A stretch of DNA of 64,000 nt from an uncultured virus (IMG/VR IMGVR_UViG_3300039159_000181) (lineage: Duplodnaviria > Heunggongvirae > Uroviricota > Caudoviricetes): the IMG/VR virus record IMGVR_UViG_3300039159_000181; one strand, written 5' to 3'. Position 1 is the stretch's first letter. The number at the start of each line of letters is the position of its first letter. Below are positions 28,766-37,202 of the stretch, piece after piece. The notes under the pieces are model-generated. The model ran no database searches. It worked only from the letters and a program-made list of their open reading frames with translations, and had not been told where the DNA came from. Position numbers and translations under genes: made by a program.

Positions 28766-29073
28766 TAGTCGTCCAGCACAACGACGCGTGCGGAGTGCGC
28801 AAGCATGTGCCGGAAACGGGGAGCATCATCCATCAGGTTTTGGACGTCCTCGTCGGGGACGGTATCGGGAATCTGGATGGAGTACGTCCCACCCTGCTTG
28901 ACCTGGCTCAGGACGTACGCCATGTGGCGGCACCGGCCAAACCCGCGGCGGGTGGGGCAGGTACACCGAAGCTTGGTGTAGTCAAGGCGGTCGAGTGAAA
29001 CTTCACACACGCCTTCAGGCTCTAAAAAGAACTGGACGGTTAGCCAGTTGATGCTTTTTGTCATAGAGCTCAT
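28765..29073 (-). CDS. SWIM zinc-finger protein
   Basis: CTCP…CRH. Confidence 0.75.
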   Translation of the reverse strand: MSSMTKSINWLTVQFFLEPEGVCEVSLDRLDYTKLRCTCPTRRGFGRCRHMAYVLSQVKQGGTYSIQIPDTVPDEDVQNLMDDAPRFRHMLAHSARVVVLDD

Positions 29074-29813
29074 TTCCCCTCACCTCCAGGGTACTTGCGA
29101 AGGTCTACGCCGTGGACCTCTACTGGAACAAAAGCCTCGTTGAAGAAGCTCTCCATAACGGTTCCGTATTTAGCGGCCCACAGATTAGCGGGGACATTAG
29201 TAGTAATGATGGTCGGCAGTGCGCGGTCATACCGAGTACGCAGAATAGCGTCGAATGAGTGGTCATCGTATTCCGAGCCGTATTGCTTATTGATGTCATC
29301 CAGAACGAGAACTCGAACATTGAGTCGGTCGTTTTTGGCGATGCCGAGGTAGCCGTCGAGCTCATCAGTCATTTGGGCGTACTCCGCACCGGAGGCCGAG
29401 AAAGAGGCTTTGCGCTGGCGGAGGTAGTCAATCAGGGTCAGGTAGTACACTGGGCGACAGCGGAGGCTCATGTCCGAGTCGCTGTAGCCCAGTACCGCTT
29501 TGCGCTCAGAAGCCTCCACGCGGCGTAGGACCTCCATAGCGGCCACAACCGCTGTGGTGGTCTTGCCGAGTCCGGGAGGGCCGGAGAACAGCAACCCACG
29601 GCCTGTGGTGGCACTGCCGGGGTTGCGGATGACCTGTCCGGAGACAACATCCTGGACCCAGTTCTCGACCAGTCCCGACCAACCGGCGTTGGCAGTCAAG
29701 CTGGTGGGGATGCGGCCCCAGAGGCGCATCGGGATGTTGCTGTTGTTTTGAAGCCAGAACCGAAGAGTGGAATCGGTTGGCGGTACACGGAGAGTCGAAA
29801 TAGCTGTGTTCAC
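29070..29813 (-). CDS. DnaC/IstB-like AAA+ helicase loader
   Basis: GLLFSGPPGLGKT; VLVLDD; RYDRALPTIITTN. Confidence 0.9.
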   Translation of the reverse strand: MNTAISTLRVPPTDSTLRFWLQNNSNIPMRLWGRIPTSLTANAGWSGLVENWVQDVVSGQVIRNPGSATTGRGLLFSGPPGLGKTTTAVVAAMEVLRRVEASERKAVLGYSDSDMSLRCRPVYYLTLIDYLRQRKASFSASGAEYAQMTDELDGYLGIAKNDRLNVRVLVLDDINKQYGSEYDDHSFDAILRTRYDRALPTIITTNVPANLWAAKYGTVMESFFNEAFVPVEVHGVDLRKYPGGEGK

Positions 29814-30865
29814 TTCGTCCTTTCGAGGAGTCGAGATTCGTATTCCGCGAGGTGCTTACGCCCGCCAGGAGTATCGGAGAAGGTGGTTCCGTCCGAGGCC
29901 ACCGGGGGCTGCTGTGCGAGCAACTGGGCGGCTGGGGAGGTGTGGCTGGGTGCAGAAAATATGACCGTAGCAGGTGCTGACGTCGATTCATTCCACGACA
30001 TTCCGGCGTGGGCATAGCCCGCCACGATGTTGGCTCGGTAGAAGTACAAAAACTTGCTTAGAAGCTGGGCGGGGGTCAGCGATTCAATGCCGGTAACGTT
30101 GCGGGGCTCCTCGAACCAAAGCTCCACAATCGCCTTCTCGACTTCGTGCGGAACCGAGTACTGACGGCGATACTGCGCCAAAATCTTGGCCAGGGCCATG
30201 ACGTTAAGCATCTTCGGCACCAACGGGTTGGCTTCGGACAGCCGACGGGAGATGTCGGTGGCGGTGTGGCGAGTGTTGGGCTGAGACTTCCTGTTTCGCT
30301 TCTGGTCCTTGGCATCAAGCTCTTCGGGGAGGAGACCTGCCGCGCCGCCGCCGTCGAAGTCATCCTCGTAGCGATTTACCATCGGTGTGCTCTTTCCCTT
30401 CACCTTGCGCGCATCGCGTGCAAGGGTAAGACGAACGTAGTGAGTCTTACGAATAGCTAACTGGTTCCTGTTAGTCATTGACTGTATGGGCAGGTCACTA
30501 AGTGTGGACCCCACATCTGTGTGGGATGGTGCGGCTTCTACTTCGGCTGACCACCCCACGGGTTTGTGGGGTATGTGGGGTGGTGAATCCACGGGGTTGT
30601 GGGGTGGTGGTGGTAGCAGAAGTCGATACACGTTGAAGTAGAACCTGCCGAAGTTGCGCTTGGTTCTGGTGATGAGAATAAGGTTCTTCTCTTCCAAGCC
30701 GCGGAAGGCACGCCGAAGAGTCTCGGTCGAATAGCCGGTCATTCCGGCAAGCTCTTCTGTGGAGGCGGTGACAATGTCTTTTTCCGCGACTTGGTATAAC
30801 GCAACCAGGGTCTTGAACTCTGCTCCCGTGAGGTCAGACGAGAATATCTCGGGGGGCAAGAGCAT
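29810..30865 (-). CDS. HTH replication initiator protein
   Basis: STEELAGMTGYSTETLRRAFRGLEEKNLI…NVY winged HTH; upstream of the DnaC-like gene; GGAG RBS. Confidence 0.75.
   Translation of the reverse strand: MLLPPEIFSSDLTGAEFKTLVALYQVAEKDIVTASTEELAGMTGYSTETLRRAFRGLEEKNLILITRTKRNFGRFYFNVYRLLLPPPPHNPVDSPPHIPHKPVGWSAEVEAAPSHTDVGSTLSDLPIQSMTNRNQLAIRKTHYVRLTLARDARKVKGKSTPMVNRYEDDFDGGGAAGLLPEELDAKDQKRNRKSQPNTRHTATDISRRLSEANPLVPKMLNVMALAKILAQYRRQYSVPHEVEKAIVELWFEEPRNVTGIESLTPAQLLSKFLYFYRANIVAGYAHAGMSWNESTSAPATVIFSAPSHTSPAAQLLAQQPPVASDGTTFSDTPGGRKHLAEYESRLLERTK
30511..30602. repeat. Three CCAC-N6-GTGG sites, putative origin iterons
   Basis: Sites at 30511-30524, 30556-30569 and 30589-30602, inside the initiator gene. 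Confidence 0.55.
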
Positions 30866-30905
30866 GTTTCTCCAGTGGTCGATGTGTGACCTGAGCATAC
30901 ATGTT

Positions 30906-31211
30906 TCAGCGGCGGCGGTGAGAGGAGTTTGGAACAACAATCGTCGGTCGGTTAAGCCAGTTTTGCGCCATTAAAGCGATAGCCGCTCCGGCACCCGCCA
31001 AAAGGATAATGTCTCCGGCGGAGTCCTCTAAGTACCAAGCCCAAGATGTAGTGATGGCCACCGTGGAGACGCGCTGTATGTAGGGAGCCAGGGAGTCTGG
31101 GTCAATGTCCTGTCGGAGCAGCGACACTAAACGAGATACTCCCCGGCCCACGAGCTCCGCGAGAATTAGAGCAAAAAGTCCCAGCATAATTGCAGAAAAG
31201 AAAAGGTCCAT
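30906..31211 (-). CDS. Membrane protein, holin candidate
   Basis: About three hydrophobic segments; directly downstream of the lysin. Confidence 0.5.
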   Translation of the reverse strand: MDLFFSAIMLGLFALILAELVGRGVSRLVSLLRQDIDPDSLAPYIQRVSTVAITTSWAWYLEDSAGDIILLAGAGAAIALMAQNWLNRPTIVVPNSSHRRR

Positions 31212-31232
31212 AAGACCCAGTCTAGTTAGTCC

Positions 31233-32471
31233 TTACACGCTATTGACAAAGCGCTGGAAGGCACTCCAGGTTCCGTTTCCGGGGATACCGTCGATGGGTC
31301 CTGAATAGCCCCAGCTTGCTTTTAGCCAACGCTGGAATGCCTTATTCGTACCGGTTCCAGGGTCACCGTCGATGGGTCCGGTGTACTTCCAGTTGCGCGC
31401 TAAGAAACGCTGCATCGCGCTCCAGCTTCCGTGGCCAGGAATGCCGTCAATGCCGCCGACGTAGCCCCAGTCTCGGGCAAGCCAGGTCTGCGCACGTCGC
31501 CACGTTATGGGGCCTGCGTGACCGTCAATGCCGGTACGGGGAAGAACCTGCGCGGGGGCATTCCTGACACCGCGAGCAGCGCGGGCCAGTGCGACGCTTG
31601 TCCGCGGGCCGAAGAGTCCATCTAGTGCTCCTAAGTAGCCGTGCGACGCCTGCAGCCAGCGCTGAGCGGCGGTCCAGGACAGTCGACCAGGAAGCCCGTC
31701 GATGGCCCCCTGGTATCCCCAGTGCGTTCGCAAGAAGCTCTGCAGTGCGGTCCAGGTCAAGCTTCCTGGGATTCCGTCGATGATGCCGGTGTAGCCCCAC
31801 TCGCGGGCAAGCCAGGTCTGTAACCCCCGCCAGGCGTTCTTGCCCGCAAAGCCCCCGAAGTCAACGCCCGAGGCCACGCTGGTGGTGGCCGCGGGTGCTG
31901 GCACGGGTGCTGGCACGGGTGCTGGTGCCGGTGCTGCACCGGGCGTTGGTGTCTCACCTGCGGGCTCTCCCAAAAGTTCTGCCGCCCGCTGGGTGATGGC
32001 CGCTACCGGGTGCGGTCCTGGGCAAAAGGTTGCGTAGGAGGCGCGGTGTTGTAGCCAGAGGTCGCGGTGGCCGATGACTGTGCGGATGGAATACCGCGCC
32101 CGCAGGTCGTTGAGTAGCCGCGCTGCTGCGTCAGTGGCGGCGGCAGAGATGGGCCAGTCTGGGGCTCCGCTCTCATTTTCAATTTCGACGGTGATGCTCC
32201 GCCGGTCCCACGCGGCACCCTTGCCGCCATCGCGGGTCGAGCCTGAGGTCCACGCTCGAAGGTCCTCGTCGACGACGAGGGTGGTGCGTCCCTCGTTGCT
32301 GATGGTGTAGTTCGAGGAGACCTGCCGAGTGCGGTTGACCATCATGTCGATTACTGCGTCGTCGTTTGTTCCAGCCTGGTGGTGAATGAGGTAGGTATCA
32401 ATGGTTGTGCCGTTGCGGTCTGAGGACTGCGGGGACAGTCGAATCTGGTTAGTGAGGGCCGAGTGGGTCAT
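31233..32471 (-). CDS. Endolysin: Amidase_2-type N-acetylmuramoyl-L-alanine amidase + repeated peptidoglycan-binding units
   Basis: IHHQA…SSNY…RAWTSG…SITVEIE…IGHRD…TFCPG; PAPA linker; six Qx(W/F)L…GYxGx(I/L)DG repeats. Confidence 0.9.
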   Translation of the reverse strand: MTHSALTNQIRLSPQSSDRNGTTIDTYLIHHQAGTNDDAVIDMMVNRTRQVSSNYTISNEGRTTLVVDEDLRAWTSGSTRDGGKGAAWDRRSITVEIENESGAPDWPISAAATDAAARLLNDLRARYSIRTVIGHRDLWLQHRASYATFCPGPHPVAAITQRAAELLGEPAGETPTPGAAPAPAPVPAPVPAPAATTSVASGVDFGGFAGKNAWRGLQTWLAREWGYTGIIDGIPGSLTWTALQSFLRTHWGYQGAIDGLPGRLSWTAAQRWLQASHGYLGALDGLFGPRTSVALARAARGVRNAPAQVLPRTGIDGHAGPITWRRAQTWLARDWGYVGGIDGIPGHGSWSAMQRFLARNWKYTGPIDGDPGTGTNKAFQRWLKASWGYSGPIDGIPGNGTWSAFQRFVNSV

Positions 32472-32534
32472 GATTTCTCCTTCGGTATAGCGGCGGGATT
32501 GAGCACAAGTACGTGAGGTACGTGATGTACGGCG

Positions 32535-34637
32535 TTATGCAACGCCCACAAAGTCGACTTGGGTTCCGCCGTCGAAGTGCGTTATCACTCGGTACGGAGT
32601 TTCCATGGGGAGATAGTTGGGGAGCTCCTTGCGAAGCTGCTCTAGCCGGGAAATCTTGTTCATGTACTTGTAGGAGATAGAGGCGTTATCGACCCCGGCC
32701 CAGCTCGCGCCACCTGCTACGTAGGTCCCGTCAAAGTAGTCTCGCGGTTCGTACGTTGTTTCAATCTGCCCCGCATCGAGTTCTAGAGTGACGTTGTTCG
32801 CGTCGGTCTCTACCGAGAGCGTCACTGCGGGGTTTGCACCGAGTTGGTCTGGCCCAATCCCGCAGGCGGCGCAGGTGCTGACTACAGCGTAGAGCCGCTG
32901 CCATGTCGCCGTCAGGGTGTAAGGCACCTCGATGCGCGCCGCGGGGGTTTGGTCTGAGTAGCTGACTGCCGCCACCATGCGCACTGCGACTTCGCCCACC
33001 GTGCAGCGCGCGTAGATAGCGCAGGAGTGCCAGACCCCCAGTGGTCGGTCGGTAATCGTGGCAGAGACACTGCTTTGCCCAGATTCTTTAGTCACAGCCT
33101 GCAAGACCCGAGCCCCGGTGGCAACACCCGCCGGTCCTGAGCTGGTGACAAGAGTGTTGCCCGCAGCGTCGATGACCCAGCCGGTAGTGCTTGCGGGAGA
33201 GGCCAGGATAGCGGCTCTTCCAGGACGGGCAGCGCGTGCTCCGGTGGCCTCAAAGCTGGGGTTAGGGAGCAGGTTTGTTTTACTGGGTTCCAAAAAGACA
33301 TCCACCGAGCGCGGCTCAAAGTACTCTGTAACGCTCGACAGCGAAAACTGCACCATGTCGATATGCACAACACTTGCGGCGCTAAAACGAACGCTGAGGG
33401 TAGCGAACGCCGCTGCGGCAGGGGCAACGAGCGGACCCTGCGAGAGGCGTGTCCAGGCAGCAGTAACTGCCGTGGGAGTTCCTGTCACGGTCGACAGCGC
33501 AGTGCCCCGGAAGTCATGCCACGTCACAGCCAGTGTGATGTTTGTATCGACAGTGCGCTGAGCGTACAGCGAGAAGGCATACGACAAGTCCCCCCTAACG
33601 GGTATCCCAAGAGTGCTGGGGCTGGAAAAGCCATAGCTCAAAAAGGCGTTAGGGCTTGTGACTGTTGCTTTGCCAGTAAAGAACCTGTCGATGGAGTTGG
33701 GCGCTTGAAGAGACGTCGGCGGCGGGAGGGTATCCACGGCGTCTAACAGAACTCCGGCGTTGGCCTCCCAGAGGCCGGTGTCTTGGGCAAAAGTTCCGTC
33801 CTGGTAGCGAAGGAGCCTGTTGGGAGATTCTGTCACTGTCGGAGCAAAGCCCGTGATTGCTTCGATGGCGTTGGACGCACCCTGCAGTGTCCCCTTTGTG
33901 GCGAACAGGTTCCGGGCATCTTTGACCATCCTGCGCTGGTGGCGGGTGCTGCTCGTGGTTTCTACGGGAAGGCCCAACTCCTGCGCCCGAAGAGCGAGCC
34001 GCTCGGGGGAAAGATTCAACGCATCGCGGTCTGGGATGAGCAGGTCAGCATACGTCATCAGCTCATCAACGGTGTAGGAGATGCTGGCCAGAAATGTCCA
34101 GAGGTCACTGTCGATGTCGACCTCATCGAGGGGGTTACCCGTGGCGGTGGTGTACACCCGCGGCAGGAGGTCCATGATGCGCTCGTGGGTCGTCTGAGTT
34201 CGGGCATCGCCGTCACCCAGGGGCACAGCGTGGTCCGTAGCCAACAGGGTGTAGGCGTAGCTTGCGGGGAACCAGCCATCGTCGAGCAAGAGCCAGATGG
34301 CGTAGAAAACAAAGCCCCCCGGGGTCAGCCCTACTGCTGCCGCTCCGACGTTTTCTTGACCGTCTCGGTAGAGCCGCGTATTGCGGTACTCACTCTCGAT
34401 TGCGGTGTCGATGAGGTAGACGCCGTCTTCTTCGTTTTCGGGAATATTGCCCTGATTGCGGATAAGCCGGAAACGGCTAAAGGAACCCGAAGGAGGTACC
34501 CACCGAACGTCGATTCTGCGGTAGTCCAAGGCCTGGACGGCGAAGGGCTCGACATCCAGAGATGAGGAGGGCTGTGTGCCGTACAGGACAGCCCCCACAC
34601 CCGGTGGGTTGTACAGAAAGGTGCCATAACGTGCCAC
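32535..34637 (-). CDS. Baseplate wedge/tail protein (P2 gpI-like segment + carbohydrate-binding-like domains)
   Basis: LLPRVY…KGTLQG…ITG; NLLPNPSFE; DAGQIE…YFDG. Confidence 0.7.
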   Translation of the reverse strand: MARYGTFLYNPPGVGAVLYGTQPSSSLDVEPFAVQALDYRRIDVRWVPPSGSFSRFRLIRNQGNIPENEEDGVYLIDTAIESEYRNTRLYRDGQENVGAAAVGLTPGGFVFYAIWLLLDDGWFPASYAYTLLATDHAVPLGDGDARTQTTHERIMDLLPRVYTTATGNPLDEVDIDSDLWTFLASISYTVDELMTYADLLIPDRDALNLSPERLALRAQELGLPVETTSSTRHQRRMVKDARNLFATKGTLQGASNAIEAITGFAPTVTESPNRLLRYQDGTFAQDTGLWEANAGVLLDAVDTLPPPTSLQAPNSIDRFFTGKATVTSPNAFLSYGFSSPSTLGIPVRGDLSYAFSLYAQRTVDTNITLAVTWHDFRGTALSTVTGTPTAVTAAWTRLSQGPLVAPAAAAFATLSVRFSAASVVHIDMVQFSLSSVTEYFEPRSVDVFLEPSKTNLLPNPSFEATGARAARPGRAAILASPASTTGWVIDAAGNTLVTSSGPAGVATGARVLQAVTKESGQSSVSATITDRPLGVWHSCAIYARCTVGEVAVRMVAAVSYSDQTPAARIEVPYTLTATWQRLYAVVSTCAACGIGPDQLGANPAVTLSVETDANNVTLELDAGQIETTYEPRDYFDGTYVAGGASWAGVDNASISYKYMNKISRLEQLRKELPNYLPMETPYRVITHFDGGTQVDFVGVA

Positions 34638-34653
34638 GAGTCAGGTCCCTACG

Positions 34654-35091
34654 TTAGGCGCTGCCGCCGTCGAGTGACAGCGCGCGCAGTGCTCCGGCGG
34701 GGGTGATAGCGGCGACCGCCACACCGCCCGAGTTTCGTGCTTCAAAGAGGTTCGCGGTCTGGCTCACGGCAGACCGGAGTGCGAGATTAACGGTGGTTGT
34801 CGCGGTCGGCAAGATGACCGAGCCACCAGACAAACGAACGAAGTTGTTGATAACGGTGAAGACACCGTCTTCGACGTTTTTGATGCGTTGGCCGACCGTG
34901 CCAAGCGAAGTTGCTGCGCTAGAGAAGGACCCAATGCCCCATGCGGTGGAACGCGCTTGGGGGTTGAGGCCGACAGTGCTTGCAATCGCCGCAACCTCCT
35001 CATAGACAAGGTTGATGTCGTTAGCATCAACGGCATCTTGCAGGTTGACTTTGGGGGTGAATGAGACTGACGCACCGGGATAGTTAGCCAC
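34654..35091 (-). CDS. Minor tail protein
   Basis: MANYP…VDANDIN…EVAAI; AAGGAG RBS. Confidence 0.7.
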   Translation of the reverse strand: MANYPGASVSFTPKVNLQDAVDANDINLVYEEVAAIASTVGLNPQARSTAWGIGSFSSAATSLGTVGQRIKNVEDGVFTVINNFVRLSGGSVILPTATTTVNLALRSAVSQTANLFEARNSGGVAVAAITPAGALRALSLDGGSA

Positions 35092-35322
35092 AGGAACTCC
35101 TTACGAGATATTGGCGCTACGGCTTGTTTTGGCCGAGGAACGTAGTGAGTGCCTCTCGGCAGATTCCCAACCGGCGGGCGCGGGGGATATGAGCTTCATG
35201 GTCTACCCTTCACGTTTTTGCGGCGGTCAATCAACCTCTATTGTCTCCTGCGGGTGGGGGGTTCAGGGGCCTGAACCGAGACAGCGCTGTAGCCGCTATC
35301 TGTAGCCGCTAGTTGGCCTGCG

Positions 35323-35529
35323 CTACTCAAAAACCCAGGTTGTTGAGCCAGAGATAGTTAATCCGCTACTTAGTGACCCAACAAACTGAACCGCATTTGA
35401 CGTAAGTCGGACGTTATTAAGAAACCCCCCAGACGCTCAGCCCGTGCGGGTGGCTGAACCGGAGCCAAGTCACTTAAGATACTTCTCGGTTTTGTCCCAG
35501 CTACCCGATACGGTAAATTCAGCGCCCAC
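35323..35529 (-). pseudogene. Interrupted ORF remnant with two in-frame TGA codons
   Basis: AGGAG RBS + GTG; MGAEFTVSGSWDKTEKYLK*LGSGSATRTG*ASGG…ISGSTTWVFE*. Confidence 0.4.
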
Positions 35530-35593
35530 GGTTTACTCCTATTTTGGTAGATTGGTGTTTATTTCTGTTTCAATGGCGCAAGCAGGCTAACGG

Positions 35594-35923
35594 CTATACC
35601 GTTGAGGGGCTAGGTTTTTCCAGGTTATTCGCTGGGTCGTTCGAAGCGAAAGGGGGCGCAGCCTCTTCGGCCAAATGGGCTGCAATCCAATCGGCTAAAT
35701 ACTGCCCACCATCACGGTTTTGCAGATGCCTGTCATACGCCCACCAACGCAACAGGTCACTTGCGCCCAGCGAATCTTCGCTGAGAGAGCCGATAAGCCT
35801 AAAACAGCGACCGCAGTCGCAAACCCACACGGTGTTTATCGAAACGGTCTCGTCAACTTGTGGTGCAAGCGGGAGGCAGAAGTGGACGCTTTCAGCGTCG
35901 TACACGCCAAGAGTGTGACTCAT
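35594..35923 (-). CDS. Hypothetical protein
   Basis: MSHTLG…HFC…WVCDCGRCF. Confidence 0.55.
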   Translation of the reverse strand: MSHTLGVYDAESVHFCLPLAPQVDETVSINTVWVCDCGRCFRLIGSLSEDSLGASDLLRWWAYDRHLQNRDGGQYLADWIAAHLAEEAAPPFASNDPANNLEKPSPSTV

Positions 35924-35930
35924 TTTTTTC

Positions 35931-37037
35931 CTAACCCCGAATCTCTTCAACAATGATGTGGGGATAATGCTGGTTGCCGTTGTTGCCGGTCATCATCGGG
36001 GCGGTGCCGGAAGTGGAGTTCAGGTTTCGGTTGAAATTGCCCCAGCCCGTCGTCCCGTCGTAAGACTGAAAAACGAAACGGAAGCGAGCGCTAAATTCAT
36101 AGTTGAATCCGGGGACTAGGAGCAGCGTGTTGTTATACGTCAAAATCTCTTCACCGTTGAGAACCATGTTCTCGAAACCCGTGGAGCCCAAGCTTTGCCA
36201 AGCTTGGCCGTTCCAACTGACTTGAGGTTCTATGTAGATTCCTCCCCATGAACCACTCTGGTTTCGACTGGGAACGTGATAAAAAAGCTTGACCTTACTG
36301 TTGGGCTTGAACCCGAAGATAGTGTCGAAGGTTGGGCCAAAAGTCCAACTGGCCGTCGCCGTTCGGATGACCGTGTCCACTTGAACTACCGCTATGTCTG
36401 CCCCGGTTCGCACTTCCTTCCACTGTTGCCAATCACCGTAGTAGCAAGTGCGAATCCACGTTCGCTGTGTGCCAAAGAACTCTGTTGCCTGCTGAACAAC
36501 CCAATCAGCATTTTGGCTGTGACGATTGACTGTCACCCACAACCAGTCGGTGCCAGGCGGGCGATTCAAAAGGGCGTTTCCGTCGTAAAATCCTGTTTGA
36601 GTGTGGGAGTTCCAGTCTCCAAAAACCTCTTGCGCCTGTGTTCGTAAAGCAGGGCGGAGTCGGTCGCTGGGGAGAATCCCCGAGGTTATCGCAGTGGCGT
36701 CATGCTGATGTCCAACCGAAGTGACCGCTTGCCCGTCGTTCTGGAAGATTTGCCCGCTAACGTCCAGAGAACCGCGACCTGGCGTAAAAGCTTTACCCAG
36801 ACCAACACCGGTGGTCCCCGGGAGAAATGCGCCAAGTGCCGCTGGCGTAACCGCCCGAGTGGCATCTGTACCGGCAAGCGTTTCGGCGTTAGTAGCAAGC
36901 TCGACAATGCCAAGGTTTGTAGTAGAAGCTTCTAGGGCAGAGAAGTTTGTTCTCGCCCATACACCTTTTGCAGTGTTGTATTGATAGCCCTGAAATACCT
37001 GACCATTTGTTGGCGCGTTGGGGAAGTTTAATGTCAT
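35931..37037 (-). CDS. Tail fibre / receptor-binding protein
   Basis: LNFPNAPTNGQ; GIVELATNAETLAGTDATRAVTP; pyocin-knob-like TGFYDG…VVQQA…WIR…WQQW. Confidence 0.8.
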   Translation of the reverse strand: MTLNFPNAPTNGQVFQGYQYNTAKGVWARTNFSALEASTTNLGIVELATNAETLAGTDATRAVTPAALGAFLPGTTGVGLGKAFTPGRGSLDVSGQIFQNDGQAVTSVGHQHDATAITSGILPSDRLRPALRTQAQEVFGDWNSHTQTGFYDGNALLNRPPGTDWLWVTVNRHSQNADWVVQQATEFFGTQRTWIRTCYYGDWQQWKEVRTGADIAVVQVDTVIRTATASWTFGPTFDTIFGFKPNSKVKLFYHVPSRNQSGSWGGIYIEPQVSWNGQAWQSLGSTGFENMVLNGEEILTYNNTLLLVPGFNYEFSARFRFVFQSYDGTTGWGNFNRNLNSTSGTAPMMTGNNGNQHYPHIIVEEIRG

Positions 37038-37040
37038 GAC

Positions 37041-37202
37041 TTAGCTCGCTTCCGGTGTTGGCTGTTCTTGCTCCCACACTAAGTACGCCTGATAGTCGGA
37101 GTTGTTTTCGTCTTTAGGGATAAACCACACAGTACCGTCATCGTCTGTTCGCGTGACCTGTTCTTGGGCTAGTGCCCCTGCTGGAATTATTTCGTAAGAC
37201 AT
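37041..37202 (-). CDS. Small tail-fibre-associated protein (53 aa), absent from the ORF track
   Basis: MSYEII…WFIPKDENNSDYQAYLVW…; coupled between two fibre genes. Confidence 0.7.
   Translation of the reverse strand: MSYEIIPAGALAQEQVTRTDDDGTVWFIPKDENNSDYQAYLVWEQEQPTPEAS

Noticed and set aside
35323..35529. TGA stop-codon reassignment
   Set aside because: TGA clearly terminates many intact genes here (e.g. 2900, 4045, 4500), and conserved genes have no internal stops.
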